A stretch of DNA of 64,000 nucleotides, from the NCBI GenBank assembly GCA_963776275.1, contig CAVZMI010000028.1, forward strand, positions 32,001 through 96,000. The letters are read 5' to 3'. The position numbers and the translations under genes are program-made. Numbering within the stretch: position 1 is the first letter of the stretch; every line of letters starts with the position of its first letter. Origin of the DNA: Ignavibacteriota bacterium. Lineage in GTDB: Bacteria; Bacteroidota; Ignavibacteria; UBA10030; CAVZMI01. This document shows, piece by piece, positions 51,202-61,483 of this stretch. The notes beneath the pieces were generated by a model. The model saw only the letters and a list, made by a program, of their open reading frames with translations, ran no database searches and had not been told where the DNA came from.

Positions 51202-54200
51202 TTACTTTATAATCGCAATTTTGCCGGTTTTAGTACCCACCGGCGATTCCACTACATAGAAATATATCCCATAAGCGATGTCGAGATTTTCTTTAGTTTT
51301 CAGATTCCATGAAACATGCCCGTCTTCTATATTGCCGTCATGAAAGAGAGAAATAACGTGATCACCACGTGATGTGTAGATATGAATTTTTGCAAATGCC
51401 GGCAAATGAATGAAATCGATCCGGCGGATACGACCGCTTGTAACACTGGGTGGTAGCGGCGGTTCAAGTGTCGAAGCCGAAACGTACGGGTTCGGAACTA
51501 CACGAATTCTCGACAATGCATCCTGCGTTATGGAATTGTCCAGCTTCGGTTTTGTTGTAATAAATGTAAGCGTATCACCCTGTTCGAACGGTTTCGATGT
51601 AATGATCCGCAGGGTATCATCTTTATGATAGGGGATCAATTTTCCATCGTTGGAATCGAAAAAAAATTCCCATGTGTAGCTGTATCCGCCTCGCGGATCT
51701 TTTTCATAGAGAAAAATATCATCCTTAGGCGCCAGTCTTCCACGGTTGATAAAATTCAGAGTGGTATAACTAAATTTTACGAATGTCTTTTCCGTCTTAT
51801 TATAGATTCTGAAATTTGTGGGTATTGGATCCGAGGCCAGAGTCGTATCTGCATATGATGTATCAATAAATGCGGTCGAATCGAATATGAACTCATAGTC
51901 GGAAGGTTTTTTAAAACCGTGGGCTAACGGTTCTTGCAGTCCATTATACAAATCGATGAGGTACATGCTCAGGCGGTATGCCGGTTTTGTGCTGGTCCAT
52001 TTTGTCAATGAATCGACCTTTTCCACCTCCCATGGATTGTTGAAGACGAGTTCCACTCCATCGAATACATCAGCATCTTTACTATCGGTCGCAAATGGTG
52101 TTCCGCGGATATACTTACTCTGATAAACCGGATAGTATTGATACTTGATAGTACACTGTCCTGTCGGGAGTGTCCCGCTGTGCTTTCCTCGAATTTGGCC
52201 TGTTTTAAGGTTCAATTTGTACAGGGAATCAGAAATAAGTATCCCCTGATTATCATAAACGGCAATCGTTCCCGGTACAAAATTCTTACGCCGTAGTGTG
52301 ACAACTGTAGTATCAACAAAACTGAATTCTTCGCTTTGTTCGCTTAAATCTCTCACGCTGTAACTCGTTGTCCTGCGATCCCATTCGCTAGAATCAGCCA
52401 GATCGATAAGTCCGTTATCATTATTGTCGATCCCATCCACCTGTGTGTCGAGAAATTCTACCCTGTAACGATTGCCTGTGATTTTCGTATTATCATCCAC
52501 TTTGAAGTAAGCGTCTCCCGTCCCGGCACCGGAAAGATGATCGAGTAGTACTCCATCAGTCGGACGAAGATAGTCGAGAGTCTTTGCATTCGGCACAACC
52601 ACAGTGCAGTTCTGACCGACGGACACCTCGCCTGAAGGTGAAATTGATACATTGATTTTATTCTCGGCGGGAAGAATTTCTAAATATTCATCACCGTGAT
52701 TATAAGCAACCAGTGTATAATAATAGGTTCTTCCATTCTGAACGGAACTATCAACATAACTGTGCACAATCCCGTTATCGCTCCCGAGGTAATACGCATA
52801 CCCTGAAATGTCGCTGAACAACTGACCGGAAGAATGGAAATATCCGGTGATCCCGTCTTTTAAGTCGTATTGTTTTAATGGCTGGTATCCGACTGCTGAA
52901 CCGGAACCATCCGTAATCGTGAGTATATCGTTAAAAGTCGGATCTGTGAACCGATAGAGTTTATATCCTTCAAATGTCTTGGTTTGAAGGAGAGGATCGA
53001 TTGTTTCTTCCGCAACTCGATCCCAGTAGAGCGTCACCTGTTTGTCACCCGGAACTGCTGTAAGGGTCGGAAGGTCCGGAGGTTGGGGGAATTGATAGTT
53101 TGCGTCATAAATCTTTTGAACGGTTTTTTTATTCTTCAACAGGTCGGCAACATCAACATCATATCCCTGTCGTTTGCCTCCTCCGTACACCAGAGCGAGA
53201 GAAAATCGTTCGGTTTTCTTCGCCCGTAGTGGAAAATACCCTGAACCGTAAATAAAATCTCCGTCTGCGCCATCAACAGGCTTGTTATTTTGAATCACAT
53301 TTGGTACATCGAAGAACCCCGGTGCCAGGTATACCCACATGGTATCTTTGTCACCCATTTTAAAGTTACCGGCAGGGGTAAAGTAGAAGAAACTTGTCAG
53401 GCCAATTTGATCGGATTCCTTGACATCAGTTTTATCGACACGAGGTTCTCCCGGAAGACCTGTGTCATTTCCAAGATCATCATAACCGGAGGTTGGTTGG
53501 CCGTCGCCTTCGCCAAAGTCGCCTGTGTTCGCGACACCATCTCTGCCGATATCATCGTGAAGGATGTTCCAGTTCCTGTTGTTGTCGATCCTATCATCAC
53601 GCCGTTCATCGATCATACTATAAGGATTGCTTCCAATGCCTGTTGAATAATCGATGTACGCTACAGCGCGTGGGAGATTAAAAAGGACTATTCCCTCTTT
53701 TGTTCTTTTTACCTGTAGAAAATGCAGATAGTAATTTTCATCGATAAGGCCGTCGTAATCATTGTCGATGCCATCATAGGCATTTGGATTGATAGATTTA
53801 TCACTCTGTACATTCCCTTCGCTCACCCGTGTCGTTCCCGGATAGATCCATCGAGTCAGTCCGCGAGTCGTGATCTGAACCGAATCAAGGGAAGGAATCG
53901 TATAGATATACCGGCTGTAATCATCCCGGATTAATATAATTTGCATACCCGGAGTAAGGAGGGTCGAATCGAAGCTTGCCGAAGTGAATTTCGGTGCAAG
54001 CATTCCTGTCAAAGAAGAGTCGGCATCACCGTCATTATCGATTCCATCATATGGATTGCCCGGACTCTCAAGAAAAGCGTACCCGACAAGCCCGACTCCG
54101 CTGCACGGTGTCGGCTGCCAGAGCGGATTGTTCATGCACCGGCTCTGAATTCCCTTTATATCGCCGGTATAAGTGAGATTGTTCGTCACATCAAAAAAAG

Positions 54201-55062
54201 ACCAGTCGTCTTCATACTCATGGTAATTCTCGGTTGATGTCACTCCGACATAGGTCCCGACAAGCATTCCGAACACCGCCCGGTCGTAATTTGTAGTTCC
54301 TGTATTTGTGATTTCATACAGCCAGAAAATATTATCCTTCGCCAGAAATTGTGCCCATTGCATTGCACGGACACTCATCACCAGGCCGAGTCCGTTCCTG
54401 TTCGAATTAGTCGAATCGGGTTTGAATGCCACTCCTATAGAATTGTTACCTGCATTATTGTATCGCTCGTCATTATTATCATCCATCACGAAATATGTTT
54501 CCAGATCGGCGTTCTTACGGTTTTTACCAAAATAGCCATTCCAGGAATTGGGCCAGCCCGGATCGTTGAGATCCTGCAATTTATCAGGCCATGCCGTCGG
54601 CCATGTAGTTTTATCATCACTCATGGCGACCTTTTCTTTCGTTGCGTTAAAATATCCCGCCTCAGGCTCGAATGTCCAGTATTTTCCTGTCCGTTGATCT
54701 ATATCCCTTAATAGTGTCGGCCGGTTTATCGGGCAGGTGGCGACAGAGTGGAATGTGGAATTCGGCGTTTGTATCCATTGATCGTTTTTGTATACTGAGT
54801 CGTACCATATCTCGGCACCGACCAATGGGCTTACGTCTCCAAGGTATCCGTTGTTGGGATATTTCCACGCACCACGGTGTCCTTGCTCCTCCGGTTGGCC
54901 GATGACGCCCCAGTTGCCGAACACTGTTTGCACCTGATTCCCGTTCATAATCGCAGTTCGCCGATAGATACGTCCGCTGGGCTGCTGTGTCTGCGCGAGG
55001 ACGCTCGGGATGCCGATGAATACGAATGAATACAATAATAGGGTACGAATGATGTTCTTCAT
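51202..55062 (-). CDS. Large secreted protein with Ca-binding-type DGIDNDxD repeats, FN3-like region and T9SS-like CTD
   Basis: Signal peptide; several DGIDNDxD; GD.QVTLYWD...FEGYKLYR; IRVVPNPY...WNL...YGIYFY.V...GKIAIIK. Confidence 0.8.
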   Translation of the reverse strand: MKNIIRTLLLYSFVFIGIPSVLAQTQQPSGRIYRRTAIMNGNQVQTVFGNWGVIGQPEEQGHRGAWKYPNNGYLGDVSPLVGAEIWYDSVYKNDQWIQTPNSTFHSVATCPINRPTLLRDIDQRTGKYWTFEPEAGYFNATKEKVAMSDDKTTWPTAWPDKLQDLNDPGWPNSWNGYFGKNRKNADLETYFVMDDNNDERYNNAGNNSIGVAFKPDSTNSNRNGLGLVMSVRAMQWAQFLAKDNIFWLYEITNTGTTNYDRAVFGMLVGTYVGVTSTENYHEYEDDWSFFDVTNNLTYTGDIKGIQSRCMNNPLWQPTPCSGVGLVGYAFLESPGNPYDGIDNDGDADSSLTGMLAPKFTSASFDSTLLTPGMQIILIRDDYSRYIYTIPSLDSVQITTRGLTRWIYPGTTRVSEGNVQSDKSINPNAYDGIDNDYDGLIDENYYLHFLQVKRTKEGIVLFNLPRAVAYIDYSTGIGSNPYSMIDERRDDRIDNNRNWNILHDDIGRDGVANTGDFGEGDGQPTSGYDDLGNDTGLPGEPRVDKTDVKESDQIGLTSFFYFTPAGNFKMGDKDTMWVYLAPGFFDVPNVIQNNKPVDGADGDFIYGSGYFPLRAKKTERFSLALVYGGGKRQGYDVDVADLLKNKKTVQKIYDANYQFPQPPDLPTLTAVPGDKQVTLYWDRVAEETIDPLLQTKTFEGYKLYRFTDPTFNDILTITDGSGSAVGYQPLKQYDLKDGITGYFHSSGQLFSDISGYAYYLGSDNGIVHSYVDSSVQNGRTYYYTLVAYNHGDEYLEILPAENKINVSISPSGEVSVGQNCTVVVPNAKTLDYLRPTDGVLLDHLSGAGTGDAYFKVDDNTKITGNRYRVEFLDTQVDGIDNNDNGLIDLADSSEWDRRTTSYSVRDLSEQSEEFSFVDTTVVTLRRKNFVPGTIAVYDNQGILISDSLYKLNLKTGQIRGKHSGTLPTGQCTIKYQYYPVYQSKYIRGTPFATDSKDADVFDGVELVFNNPWEVEKVDSLTKWTSTKPAYRLSMYLIDLYNGLQEPLAHGFKKPSDYEFIFDSTAFIDTSYADTTLASDPIPTNFRIYNKTEKTFVKFSYTTLNFINRGRLAPKDDIFLYEKDPRGGYSYTWEFFFDSNDGKLIPYHKDDTLRIITSKPFEQGDTLTFITTKPKLDNSITQDALSRIRVVPNPYVSASTLEPPLPPSVTSGRIRRIDFIHLPAFAKIHIYTSRGDHVISLFHDGNIEDGHVSWNLKTKENLDIAYGIYFYVVESPVGTKTGKIAIIK

Positions 55063-55064
55063 AA

Positions 55065-57971
55065 TTAAAACTCCAAGTTCATACCAAGTTCGATACGACG
55101 TGGTTCAGAGTATCTCGTAGGATCTGTGAACCATTGATCTACGGTATTGACAAGTGGTTGTGTTGTTCTTGCAATTTTTTCATCAAGGGAATAATCGGAA
55201 CGTCCGGTTGAAGGATAAACATTCGTTTGATTCCGGGTATCAAACAGATTGAATACACGGGTGAACAAGACTATTTTCACGGGGTTGAAGTTGATCTGAT
55301 AAAATGCTCGAAGATCACAATTGAGCGACGCCGGTTTGGTTTGACTATTTGTGACCAACGTGGAGACAGTCCCGCTGTATTGAAGAGCAGGAGTATATGG
55401 TGTCCCGGAGCCGTATTGTATAATGGTACTTGCACCCCATGTATCCGTTGAATAGTTGATTGATACGTTCAAGGTATGCCGTTGATCCCAATCCAAAGGA
55501 ACCATCTCAATGTCAGGAAGCGCTCCGCCTGATTTTGCATTTCGGGCCTGTTGAGGATCGGATGCAGTTCCTGATGCAATCTGATATGTATAATCAACTC
55601 GTGCAGTGAATCCGGTAGAGAATTTCTTATCGAGTGTCAACACAATACCTTTAACTATTCCGAAGTCACTGTTTGTATATTTGTAATATGATCCTCCACC
55701 GAAGACATGGATGTTGTCGCCCTGAGTACCAGTCAATCCTCGAATATCACGCATGTACGCTGTTAGATCGAAGGCAATGTCTTCGGATAACTGCTGCTGT
55801 AAACCAAGTTCCGCGCTGACAGTCAGCTCCGGGGTGAGGTCGGCGTTGCCTACAGTCCCCATGTTGTCGGAAGTAGACTGGCTGAGTTTAAATCTTGGAT
55901 TTTCGTAAAGCCGTTCAAATCGTGGAATCTGGAAAAAATGGCCGTACGAGAAGTGAATAATTCCTCTATCTGTAAGGGGAAAAGAGACGCCTAACCTCGG
56001 GCTCACGGCATACTTTACGGTTGCCGGTTTGAACCAGAAAGCTTCCCGCTCTTGAAGGGTCAAGGGATCTCCATTACTGTTAAACCGATGTTCCGGCCGT
56101 AACGGATTATCGATGCTCGGATCATCAACAGTGTACATGTAATGAAGAGGATCATCAGGATCCGCGTGTTCGTCATTCAACACATGTCCATCCGGATTGA
56201 AGTAGTCGAACCGCACACCGACATTGACGATGATACTTTGAAATTCCATTTTATCCTGTATGTACCCAGAAAACTCTTTCGGATGATGTTCATAGAGATC
56301 ATGTCCCGGAGCCGTGATATCAGGAATTTCAGTCCGCATATAGTACTTTGATTGTGGATTATTGATGAGGTCGAATCCTGATTGCGACCCTGCTGCAATA
56401 AGGGTGATGGCTTCATTTTTTATGATGTGTGAACGATAGTCTAGCCCGAGTTTTATCATATTCATCTCATCAATTTGACTGGTCAAGTCAAACTTAAGGA
56501 GTCCTGTTCGTGTAGAACGATGAGATCTGTCAAGGTCTGTACCGCCGGTCATGAAACTATATGCAGGTGCAATGGACAATCCGGGATAGACATAATGAGG
56601 GCCATTAGGGTCAACGACTTCTACTTGTATATGATCTCCCTGAGTTGTTGTCGAATCCATGTACTGTAAGTCATAGAGATAGTACTTGTAGTCTTTTAAA
56701 AAATAAGATCCTCCAATTGTATAGAAGGTGCTCGAACTGAGCGTGTGATTAAATTGGAAGATCGCTGTATTGCTTACATTATATTCATTTCCCTTCCCGT
56801 CAGGGTTATAGAAATATATCCGGTCATAAAGCGGGTCAAATTTCTTATTTTCTTTATTATCATAGATGAAATTTGCCGTGAGCTTCATCAGCGAAGAGAT
56901 ATGCCATGTCATTTTACCCTGGACATAAGACCGCTTGCTCCAATCCATGGGAACAACCGCGCTATCACCAAGTCCGTTAGGCACGACTGATATCAATGTG
57001 TTGGTGGTATCCGAGGGGTTAGCTTTTCCGACGATAGAGTAATTCCACGGATTGAATCTGCGGAACCCTTTTTGGTAGCCATTGAAATAGATATATCGGG
57101 CATTGGCAAAGAAAGTAAGGTCGCTCGTGAACAGGGGACCGGCCAGGTTCCCTTCGATATCCCGGATATTGGTTGGCTTGAATTTGTTCCCCGGGAAAAT
57201 ACCGTCATTCGATGGGAGATAATCGCCGCCATAAATTCCCAAACCGCCGGTAAATTTATCGCCACCTTCTTTGGATGATATGTTCACAATACCCGACATC
57301 GCCTGGCCGTACTCTGCATTGAAAGCTCCTGATATTACCTGGAGTTCTTGTATAAGACTCTTATTGACCTCAACAATTTGAGTACCGTCGTAAGCATCTG
57401 TAACAGGTACACCGTCGATCCAGTAGGCTACTTCACCTTTGCGTCCTCCGCGAAGACTTCCTGAAACAAATCCTGCCTGTAGGGAAATGATTGCACCGAC
57501 TTCTGCCACCGGCATAGCGGATATCTCGGTCCCGCTCACAATAGCTGTTTTTGCCGTGAGGTCTTTTTGTACGAGTGGACGTTCGGCAACAACAATCATC
57601 TCCTGACCGACCTGGAGAAGGGTTTCCGATAGTTCCATATTGATGGTTGTAGTTAGATCGCCCCTTACAAGAACGCCCGTGGTCTTGGATGGCGAGTATC
57701 CGATCATCGTTGCGATGACACTATACTCCTTCGGAGAAATATTGATGATAAAATACTTACCATCAAGATCAGTTGTCCCACCAAGAGTAGTGCCTTCCAA
57801 TCTGACGTTGGCTCCGATGATGGGTTCACCTGTTTTCTTATCTTTGATTACTCCTGCTATCTTTCCAGTAGAACCGCCGTAAGTGTGCGAGAAGAGGAGA
57901 GATAACAATAAAATAAAATTCAATGTTCGTCTCAAGGTGATTCTCCTTTTACACTGATCGTTATCCAACAA
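55065..57971 (-). CDS. TonB-dependent receptor
   Basis: GKIAG.I.DKKTGEP.IGANV, RGGR..EV.Y.IDG, GAFNAEYGQAMSG, SPRLG.SFP, terminal LEF. Confidence 0.92.
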   Translation of the reverse strand: MLDNDQCKRRITLRRTLNFILLLSLLFSHTYGGSTGKIAGVIKDKKTGEPIIGANVRLEGTTLGGTTDLDGKYFIINISPKEYSVIATMIGYSPSKTTGVLVRGDLTTTINMELSETLLQVGQEMIVVAERPLVQKDLTAKTAIVSGTEISAMPVAEVGAIISLQAGFVSGSLRGGRKGEVAYWIDGVPVTDAYDGTQIVEVNKSLIQELQVISGAFNAEYGQAMSGIVNISSKEGGDKFTGGLGIYGGDYLPSNDGIFPGNKFKPTNIRDIEGNLAGPLFTSDLTFFANARYIYFNGYQKGFRRFNPWNYSIVGKANPSDTTNTLISVVPNGLGDSAVVPMDWSKRSYVQGKMTWHISSLMKLTANFIYDNKENKKFDPLYDRIYFYNPDGKGNEYNVSNTAIFQFNHTLSSSTFYTIGGSYFLKDYKYYLYDLQYMDSTTTQGDHIQVEVVDPNGPHYVYPGLSIAPAYSFMTGGTDLDRSHRSTRTGLLKFDLTSQIDEMNMIKLGLDYRSHIIKNEAITLIAAGSQSGFDLINNPQSKYYMRTEIPDITAPGHDLYEHHPKEFSGYIQDKMEFQSIIVNVGVRFDYFNPDGHVLNDEHADPDDPLHYMYTVDDPSIDNPLRPEHRFNSNGDPLTLQEREAFWFKPATVKYAVSPRLGVSFPLTDRGIIHFSYGHFFQIPRFERLYENPRFKLSQSTSDNMGTVGNADLTPELTVSAELGLQQQLSEDIAFDLTAYMRDIRGLTGTQGDNIHVFGGGSYYKYTNSDFGIVKGIVLTLDKKFSTGFTARVDYTYQIASGTASDPQQARNAKSGGALPDIEMVPLDWDQRHTLNVSINYSTDTWGASTIIQYGSGTPYTPALQYSGTVSTLVTNSQTKPASLNCDLRAFYQINFNPVKIVLFTRVFNLFDTRNQTNVYPSTGRSDYSLDEKIARTTQPLVNTVDQWFTDPTRYSEPRRIELGMNLEF

Positions 57972-58016
57972 TTTAATTATAGCCTACATGAATCACGTTT
58001 CGTACGGAATCAAATT

Positions 58017-59054
58017 TCACACGGAATTAATTGGCCCCGATGTCCGGCGAACTACGAGTGTCGGAACAAAAGTTTTAAGGATCGGTTCTAAATTCTTTTG
58101 TTTCATACGTTCAAACAGACGATGAACTGCAAGCGATCCCATCTCCGACATTGGTTGTCTCATGGTGGTTAATCCTATATGCCGGGCTAATTCGATATCA
58201 TCGAAGCCAACCAGAGCGATGTCTTCCGGGCATCGAACGCCCTCCTCATCCATTGCCTGAAGAGCGCCGGACGCTTGAATATCGCTTGTCACAAAAACAG
58301 CAGTCGGCCTGGAAACACCAAGGGAAAGAAATTGTTTCATCAGATTATATCCATCTTCATGAGTGAATCCATCAAGGTGTGAAGATTTGCTGTGCTTTAT
58401 CAAACACGGTTCAACGGGAATATCTGCTTTTCTCAATGCCTGTTTAAAACCCTTCAAACGCTCACGGGCCGGGGGACTTTCAAGATTTGCATTCAAGATG
58501 CCAATATGCCGGTGCCCGAGTGATATGAGATGATCTGTTGCAATAGCAGCGCCGCGGACATTTTCAACTGTGAACGAATCGAAGTCCGGATGGTAGGTAT
58601 CAACGAGTACGATAGGGACATGTGAATGGACATATTCGCGGGCAAATTTATCCGGTACCTTCAACGAAAAGATAAGCATGCCGTCCACTCGACCGCGTAC
58701 GGTATTTTTCTTTAATGTTCCTTCTGCGTGATCGGGATTCGTGACTCCATGGAGAATGAGATCGCATTCGGATTCCGCAAGAGTAGCCTGAACCGCCTGA
58801 AGTATTTCGACGAAAAAGAACGTCGTGAAATACGGGATAATCGCGAGGACCGAGTTGGTTCTATTACTGGCAAGACCTCGTGCATACGGGTGAGGATGAT
58901 AATTCATCCTCTTTGCGATGTGAAGAACACGAATCTTCGTGTCGTGTGAAACATTAGGATGGTTGTTGAAAACACGTGAGACTGTACCTATTCCGACACG
59001 TGCTTTTTTCGCGATATCGTAAATGGTCGGTGGCACAATAGAATAATTATTCAA
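58017..59054 (-). CDS. LacI family transcriptional regulator
   Basis: TIYDIAKKARVGIGTVSRVFN HTH; PEDIALVGFDD, LTTMRQP. Confidence 0.95.
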   Translation of the reverse strand: MNNYSIVPPTIYDIAKKARVGIGTVSRVFNNHPNVSHDTKIRVLHIAKRMNYHPHPYARGLASNRTNSVLAIIPYFTTFFFVEILQAVQATLAESECDLILHGVTNPDHAEGTLKKNTVRGRVDGMLIFSLKVPDKFAREYVHSHVPIVLVDTYHPDFDSFTVENVRGAAIATDHLISLGHRHIGILNANLESPPARERLKGFKQALRKADIPVEPCLIKHSKSSHLDGFTHEDGYNLMKQFLSLGVSRPTAVFVTSDIQASGALQAMDEEGVRCPEDIALVGFDDIELARHIGLTTMRQPMSEMGSLAVHRLFERMKQKNLEPILKTFVPTLVVRRTSGPINSV

Positions 59055-59058
59055 TTAA

Positions 59059-59072
59059 TGGAAGCGCTTCCA
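59059..59072. promoter_or_regulatory. LacI-type operator
   Basis: Perfect palindrome TGGAAGCGCTTCCA with central CG, immediately upstream of the LacI gene. Confidence 0.8.
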
Positions 59073-59272
59073 AAAATCCGAATTTTCCTTCTCAGAGTCA
59101 AGCTTTTTTTTGCTGGAATTCAATTTTTTTAAAAATCTTATTGCTTAGGATAGAAAAGGGTGCTGTGTTAATAATAGCCGAAAAAGCCTTGCTTTTCGAA
59201 GAAGTAGAGACCTTGTCGAACCTGTTTACCGTGAGCTTGTCGAACGGTCGAGACCCGGTCGAACGGTCGAAT

Positions 59273-59561
59273 CACTTGTGGTGAGCTTGCCTGCCGTGAG
59301 TCTATCGAACGGTCGAACCACTTGTGGTGAGCTTGCCTGCCGTGAGCTTGTCGAACGGTCGAACCACTTGTGGTGAGCTTGCCTGCCGTGAGCTTGTCGA
59401 ACGGTCGAACCACTTGTGGTGAGCTTGCCTGCCGTGAGCTTGTCGAACGGTCGAACCACTTGTGGTGAGCTTGCCTGCCGTGAGCTTGTCGAACGGTCGA
59501 ACCACTTGTGGTGAGCTTGCCTGCCGTGAGCTTGTCGAACGGTCGAACCACTTGTGGTGAG
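59273..59561. repeat. 46-bp tandem repeat, 6 full units plus a partial
   Basis: cacttgtggtgagcttgcctgccgtgagcttgtcgaacggtcgaac starting at 59273, 59319, 59365, 59411, 59457, 59503; no spacers. Confidence 0.95.
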
Positions 59562-59672
59562 CCCCTCGACCCCTCGATAAACTCGGGGCAAGCAAGCTCG
59601 GGGTAAACTTGTCGAACCATGATTGTATTTTGTTCGGGGAGTCGAGACAACTTATTCCAGACGCATTGATTC

Positions 59673-61196
59673 TCATTTTTCCGCTACGCGGTTCAATCTA
59701 TCCGGTTTACATCGCCCGTAGAGCTCGGTCAACTTGTATAATTTGTTTGTCGCCCGGGATTCAATTTTATCCCATGTAAACCGCCATTCCCAATTTCCTT
59801 CAATAGTACCGGGAAAGTTCATTCTTCCATCACTTCCAAGTCCGATGATATCCTGCAATGGTATCACTGCAATATCTGCAACCGATTGTAATGCAAGCTT
59901 GATCAAGTCCCAATTTATTTTATGACCATCCGTTCCGCAATATCGCTTGACAAAATCGCGTTCCTGTTCAGTAGCCTTGTCATACCAGCCAAGAGTTGTA
60001 TCATTATCGTGTGTGCCGGTAAATACGACATAATTTTTTTCATGGGTGTGTGGGAGAAAATTATCTTCCGGACCGCTTGAAAATGCAAATTGCAGCACTT
60101 TCATTCCTGGGAAACCAAATTTTTCCCGCAGAGCGACGACTGCCGGCGTGATTACACCGAGGTCCTCCGCAATAATCGGAAGAGTACCTAGTTCCCGCTT
60201 CACCGCCTTGAAGAGGTTTTCCCCCGGTTCCTTCACCCATCGACCGATCCTCGCTGTTTTTTCTTTTGCAGGTATTTCCCAGTACGCTTCAAATCCCCGG
60301 AAGTGATCGATGCGGATAATATCAAACAGCTCGAATGTCTTCCGGAAGCGTTCAATCCACCACCGATATTTTTGCTCCTTCATTTTATTCCATCGATATA
60401 ATGGATTACCCCACCGTTGTCCGTCTTCGCTGAAATAGTCGGGAGGAACACCCGCTACCACGATAGGCATTCCATCTTTATCCAGAGAGAAAGCTTCTTG
60501 ATTTGACCATACATCTGCACTATGATGTGCAACAAAGATGGGGATGTCGCCGACAAGTTTTACGTTTCTTTCGTTTGCATACTTCCTCATTTTTTTCCAT
60601 TGGCGGGCGAAGCACCATTGTGTGAACTTATGAAAGATGACATATTCGCGCAATTCGTCTGCAGAATTCTTCAAGGTATGTGTATTCCGATGCACGAGAT
60701 CATGATCCCAGGAAATCCATCCGTTACCGTCATACCGATCATTCAGTGCTTGAAAGAGGGAATAGTCCTCAAGCCACGATTTTTCGGTGCTGCAATAAGT
60801 CTCGAATTGTTGACTGTATTCTCCATTTCTTTTTTGGAAGAAATTTTTTGCTGCTTTAGCAAGCATCGCCATTCGAGCTGTTGTAACCTGTGGATAGTTG
60901 ACACGTTGATCTGAAAAGTGCGGCATTCCATCAAGATCATCCTTTGTCAACCAACCGTGTGAGACCAATTCGTATAGGTCGATAAATAACGGACTCCCGG
61001 CAAAAGCCGAAAGAGACATATATGGCGAGTTTGCCATACCTGCCGGACCTATTGGAAGCATTTGCCAGAGCGATTGACCGGTTGATGATAACAAATCGAT
61101 AAATTTATATGACTCTGCGCCAAGATCTCCAGAACCGAAAGGACCCGGTAAGGATGTTGGATGTAAAAGAATTCCGCTGCTACGAGGAAACCTCAT
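59673..61196 (-). CDS. malQ: 4-alpha-glucanotransferase (GH77)
   Basis: GILLHPTSLPG, SPY, GVPPDYFS.DGQ.WGNP, RIDHFRG, AEDLG, THDNDT. Confidence 0.96.
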   Translation of the reverse strand: MRFPRSSGILLHPTSLPGPFGSGDLGAESYKFIDLLSSTGQSLWQMLPIGPAGMANSPYMSLSAFAGSPLFIDLYELVSHGWLTKDDLDGMPHFSDQRVNYPQVTTARMAMLAKAAKNFFQKRNGEYSQQFETYCSTEKSWLEDYSLFQALNDRYDGNGWISWDHDLVHRNTHTLKNSADELREYVIFHKFTQWCFARQWKKMRKYANERNVKLVGDIPIFVAHHSADVWSNQEAFSLDKDGMPIVVAGVPPDYFSEDGQRWGNPLYRWNKMKEQKYRWWIERFRKTFELFDIIRIDHFRGFEAYWEIPAKEKTARIGRWVKEPGENLFKAVKRELGTLPIIAEDLGVITPAVVALREKFGFPGMKVLQFAFSSGPEDNFLPHTHEKNYVVFTGTHDNDTTLGWYDKATEQERDFVKRYCGTDGHKINWDLIKLALQSVADIAVIPLQDIIGLGSDGRMNFPGTIEGNWEWRFTWDKIESRATNKLYKLTELYGRCKPDRLNRVAEK

Positions 61197-61483
61197 CTAT
61201 ATCCTTCCTATTTAATACATTTTTACTTAAAGATTGCACTTGCATTTCGAATACAGCGAGTTAAACATAAAGAAGCATCTGCACAAAGGCAAGGGAAAAA
61301 TGCAAAACCATTCAAAGACCAATAATCAGAACCAAAAATACGTGGTGCATGTCTTCGCGGTGTCTTGCACAATAATTTGGGAAAAGCTCTCGTTGATGGC
61401 CAAGATTGACATATTGCGGTTGATTCTCGCCCCATATTTTCATTACTTTAGTAAAATTATTTCAGGGAATGAAAGGAATTTCA

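Noticed and set aside
59273-59561. CRISPR array
   Set aside because: Units are head-to-tail and near-identical with no unique spacers; no cas genes in the window.
59168-59676. Three overlapping repetitive ORFs on the minus strand
   Set aside because: By-products of a stop-free 46-bp repeat read in all frames.
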